From Chitinophagales bacterium (GTDB lineage Bacteria > Bacteroidota > Bacteroidia > Chitinophagales > BACL12): a stretch of 36,692 nucleotides of DNA. The notes below the pieces were generated by a model, which worked only from the letters and a program-made list of their open reading frames with translations, ran no database searches and had not been told where the DNA came from. Position numbers and translations under genes: made by a program. Below, in pieces: positions 33,853-36,692 of this stretch; within the stretch, counting starts at the first letter, position 1, and each line of letters begins with the position of its first letter. The DNA is taken from positions 1 through 36,692 of the forward strand of contig JBIOHA010000002.1 in assembly GCA_044448625.1 (NCBI GenBank), written 5' to 3'.

Positions 33853-36444
33853 ATGAATTTGCAGAATTTCACTATCAAGTCGCAGGAAGTGATCCAGCAG
33901 GCGCAGCAGTTTGCCATACAGATGGATCATCAGCAGATTAGGAATGAACATATATTAAAGGCGCTGCTCAGTGGCGACGAAGAAGTGGTGGGTTATTTAT
34001 TGAAGAAGCTGAATGTGAACGTAAATTATATTCAGCAAAAAATAGATGAGCAATTAAATAAGTTGCCTAAGGTTTCGGGTGGCGAACATTATTTATCAAA
34101 AGAGGCAAATGTTGCGATTGCCAAATCACAGAATTACTTAAAAGAATTTAACGACGAATTTGTTTCTGTAGAACATTTATTATTGGGTATCCTTGCGAGC
34201 AACGATGATACAAGTAAATTATTAAAATCGCAGGGAGTAACAGAAAAAGATCTTAAGGCGGCTATTAAAGAATTGCGTGGCGGAAATTCCGTGAATTCGC
34301 AAACGGCAGAAAACCAGATCAAAGCTTTAAATAAATTTGCTATCAATTTAAATGAACGGGCAAAATCAGGAAAGCTCGATCCTGTTATTGGCAGGGATGA
34401 AGAAATAAGACGTGTGCTCCATATTTTATCGAGGAGGACAAAAAATAATCCCATACTGGTTGGTGATCCCGGTGTTGGAAAAACAGCAATTGCTGAAGGC
34501 ATTGCACATCGGATTGTAAATGGCGACGTTCCTGAAAATTTAAAATCAAAAGTGATCTATTCGCTTGATATGGGAGCACTTATTGCCGGTGCAAAATACA
34601 AAGGTGAATTTGAAGAGCGATTAAAAGGCGTAGTGAATGAAGTAATTAAAAGTGAAGGGCAATTCATTTTGTTTATTGATGAAATTCATACATTGGTTGG
34701 AGCAGGAGCAAGCGAAGGTGCAATGGATGCCGCAAATATTTTAAAACCTGCATTGGCCCGTGGCGAACTGAGAGCAGTTGGTGCAACAACACTCGGCGAA
34801 TATCAAAAATATTTTGAAAAAGATAAAGCACTTGAGCGCCGCTTTCAAATGGTGCTGGTGGATGAGCCGAATCTTGAAGATGCCATTTCCATTTTACGCG
34901 GATTGAAGGAGCGTTATGAAAGTTATCATAAAGTGCAGATAAGAGATGAAGCGATTATTGCTGCCGTTGAATTAAGTCACCGCTATATTTCCGATCGCAA
35001 ATTACCTGATAAAGCAATTGATCTTATTGACGAAGCTGCAGCAAAACTGCGACTGGAAATGAATTCGGTTCCTGAAGAACTCGATGAAATTGAAAGAAGG
35101 ATCCGCCAGCTCGAAATTGAACGGGAAGCAATTAAACGCGAAAAGGATGAAAAAAAATTAGAAGAGCTGAATGAAGTGATCGCAGAATTAACCGAAGAAA
35201 GAAACACCATTAAAGCTAAATGGCAAAAAGAAAAAGAAATTGTTGACAAACTCCAGCAGAAAAAAGGCGACATTGAACAATTAAAATTACAGGCCGAGCA
35301 ATTTGAACGCGAAGGCGATTATGGTAAAGTGGCTGAATTGCGATACGGAAAGATAAAAGCTGCAGAAAATGAACTCGCAGAACTCGAAAAAGAATTAAAA
35401 ACGCTGGATGCCACTCATCGCTTAATGAAAGAAGAAGTGGATGCAGAAGACATTGCTGAAATTGTTGCAAAATGGACAGGAATTCCTGTTACAAAAATGC
35501 TGGAAAGCGAGCGCAATAAATTATTAAAACTCGAAGAGGAATTGCATAAGCGTGTGGTGGGACAGGATGAGGCAATCGTTGCAGTTGCCGATGCAATAAG
35601 AAGAAGCAGGGCAGGTTTGCATGATCCCAAAAAACCAATTGGTTCATTTATTTTTCTCGGAACAACAGGTGTTGGAAAAACAGAGCTCGCAAAAGCAATC
35701 TCCGATTATTTATTTAATGATGAACATGCGATGACCCGCATCGACATGAGTGAATACCAGGAGCGCCATAGTGTAAGCAGGTTGATCGGTGCGCCTCCGG
35801 GTTATGTGGGTTACGATGAAGGCGGACAATTAACCGAAGCAGTTCGCAGAAAACCATATTCAGTTATTTTACTGGATGAAATTGAAAAAGCACATCCCGA
35901 TGTATTCAATATTTTATTGCAGGTGCTCGATGACGGAAGGTTGACAGATAATAAAGGAAGGACTGTCGATTTTAAAAATACCATCATTGTAATGACGAGC
36001 AATATCGGTTCGCATATTATACAGGAAAGATTTGATGGTGTTACCGAAGATAATTTACTGGCAGTAACCGAAACAACAAAAATTGAAGTGATGGAGATGC
36101 TGCGCAAAACCATTCGCCCCGAATTTCTAAACCGCATCGATGAGATCATCATGTTCAAGCCTTTAATGCGCAACGAAATAAAAGGCATCGTTGAGATACA
36201 ATTAAAAGGATTAAAAAACATGCTCGCCGAAAGAAATATCAAAATAGAATTCAGCGAAGCAGTTATCGACTGGCTTGCGGAAGAAGGTTTTGATCCACAA
36301 TTCGGTGCACGTCCGCTAAAAAGGGTAATTCAAAAAGAGATCGTAAACGAATTATCGAAAAAGATACTTGCAGGTGAAGTGGATAATGAGCATACTATTA
36401 TGGTGGATCAGTTTGATGGTGAGGTGGTGTTTGGGAATGGGTGA
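33853..36444 (+). CDS. clpB: ATP-dependent chaperone/disaggregase ClpB
   Basis: 863 aa with a Clp N-domain, two AAA+ modules (Walker A motifs [10 protein letters not shown] and [10 protein letters not shown]), and the long coiled-coil M-domain between NBD1 and NBD2. Confidence 0.97.
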   Translation: MNLQNFTIKSQEVIQQAQQFAIQMDHQQIRNEHILKALLSGDEEVVGYLLKKLNVNVNYIQQKIDEQLNKLPKVSGGEHYLSKEANVAIAKSQNYLKEFNDEFVSVEHLLLGILASNDDTSKLLKSQGVTEKDLKAAIKELRGGNSVNSQTAENQIKALNKFAINLNERAKSGKLDPVIGRDEEIRRVLHILSRRTKNNPILVGDPGVGKTAIAEGIAHRIVNGDVPENLKSKVIYSLDMGALIAGAKYKGEFEERLKGVVNEVIKSEGQFILFIDEIHTLVGAGASEGAMDAANILKPALARGELRAVGATTLGEYQKYFEKDKALERRFQMVLVDEPNLEDAISILRGLKERYESYHKVQIRDEAIIAAVELSHRYISDRKLPDKAIDLIDEAAAKLRLEMNSVPEELDEIERRIRQLEIEREAIKREKDEKKLEELNEVIAELTEERNTIKAKWQKEKEIVDKLQQKKGDIEQLKLQAEQFEREGDYGKVAELRYGKIKAAENELAELEKELKTLDATHRLMKEEVDAEDIAEIVAKWTGIPVTKMLESERNKLLKLEEELHKRVVGQDEAIVAVADAIRRSRAGLHDPKKPIGSFIFLGTTGVGKTELAKAISDYLFNDEHAMTRIDMSEYQERHSVSRLIGAPPGYVGYDEGGQLTEAVRRKPYSVILLDEIEKAHPDVFNILLQVLDDGRLTDNKGRTVDFKNTIIVMTSNIGSHIIQERFDGVTEDNLLAVTETTKIEVMEMLRKTIRPEFLNRIDEIIMFKPLMRNEIKGIVEIQLKGLKNMLAERNIKIEFSEAVIDWLAEEGFDPQFGARPLKRVIQKEIVNELSKKILAGEVDNEHTIMVDQFDGEVVFGNG

Positions 36445-36514
36445 TAATCTTGAGGCCTTATCGGGCGGTGTTCTCACCACAACTGTTCGGAAGAAATTCT
36501 TAATCTCTATTGAT

Positions 36515-36544
36515 CCCCAACCCCAAACCCCTGGGAGGGGCTTT
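36515..36544 (+). terminator. C-rich short repeat plus small GC hairpin downstream of clpB (weak terminator candidate)
   Basis: ccccaa ccccaaa precedes cccct(36528-36532)-ggg-agggg(36536-36540), which is followed by cttt. This is a 5-bp GC stem with a 3-nt loop and a short T-tract. The C-rich periodic part resembles the ctcccca units of array C. Confidence 0.25.
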
Positions 36545-36692
36545 AGACACTGCATTTACCGGTGATTTCCTACAATTTGAAACATATCACTTTATTAAGA
36601 AGATCCACTAGATTTTCAAATCAAAGTTTTTAAAAAAAATATATTGACCTATGATATTATTAGAAGAAATAAACTCGCTCAATCCTTTATTA

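Noticed and set aside
34134-36242. Several 60-143 aa antisense ORFs inside clpB (34134-34502, 34983-35273, 35811-36242). Similar ORFs lie antisense in other long genes (5923-6291, 9283-9654, 11670-12206, 23784-24143).
   Set aside because: Their translations are Ser/Leu/Ile-rich and low in complexity, as expected for the antisense frame of AT-rich coding sequence. They are fully nested in well-supported genes and have no recognisable motifs.
36651-36692. Possible start of a plus-strand gene at the window edge (ATG 36651, MILLEEINSLNPLL...).
   Set aside because: Only 14 codons are visible, so there is nothing to support or identify it.

Overview
AT-rich chromosomal segment that looks like Bacteroidota, judged by T9SS components, a CarboxypepD_reg-type TonB-dependent receptor, lipoprotein and Tat signals, and ATGA start/stop overlaps. 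I support 22 protein-coding genes. In order they are: DinB-family protein, DUF5103/T9SS-plug-like protein, MazG, a TonB-dependent receptor, a 1236-aa polytopic histidine kinase, HemL, a small histidine kinase, an OmpR-type response regulator, a 2x[4Fe-4S] ferredoxin, a LuxC-type acyl-CoA reductase, a Tat-signal class-V PLP enzyme, a cysteine desulfurase, GlmM, a SAM-methyltransferase/PAP2/ZIP trio, a VCBS/ASPIC lipoprotein, a 1669-aa C25 (PorU-like) peptidase, a PorV/PorQ-like barrel, an AcpH-like protein, a lipase-like lipoprotein and ClpB. I see no rRNA or tRNA gene, no CRISPR array, no transposase, integrase or phage genes, and no recognisable defence system. Two things are not explained by ordinary gene annotation. 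(1) Short-period (7, 8 or 10 nt) tandem arrays with strong purine/pyrimidine strand asymmetry occupy six intergenic regions, with a weak seventh candidate after clpB. They include perfect 24-25 nt inverted matches between distant loci, a pair of inverted arrays bracketing mazG, and a helically phased CACAGAG array between a kinase and its response regulator. (2) A tightly packed acpH-like -> PorV-like -> giant C25 peptidase cluster looks like a non-canonical, possibly second, PorU/PorV-type T9SS sorting module. All functional calls come from motif recognition by eye; no searches were run.
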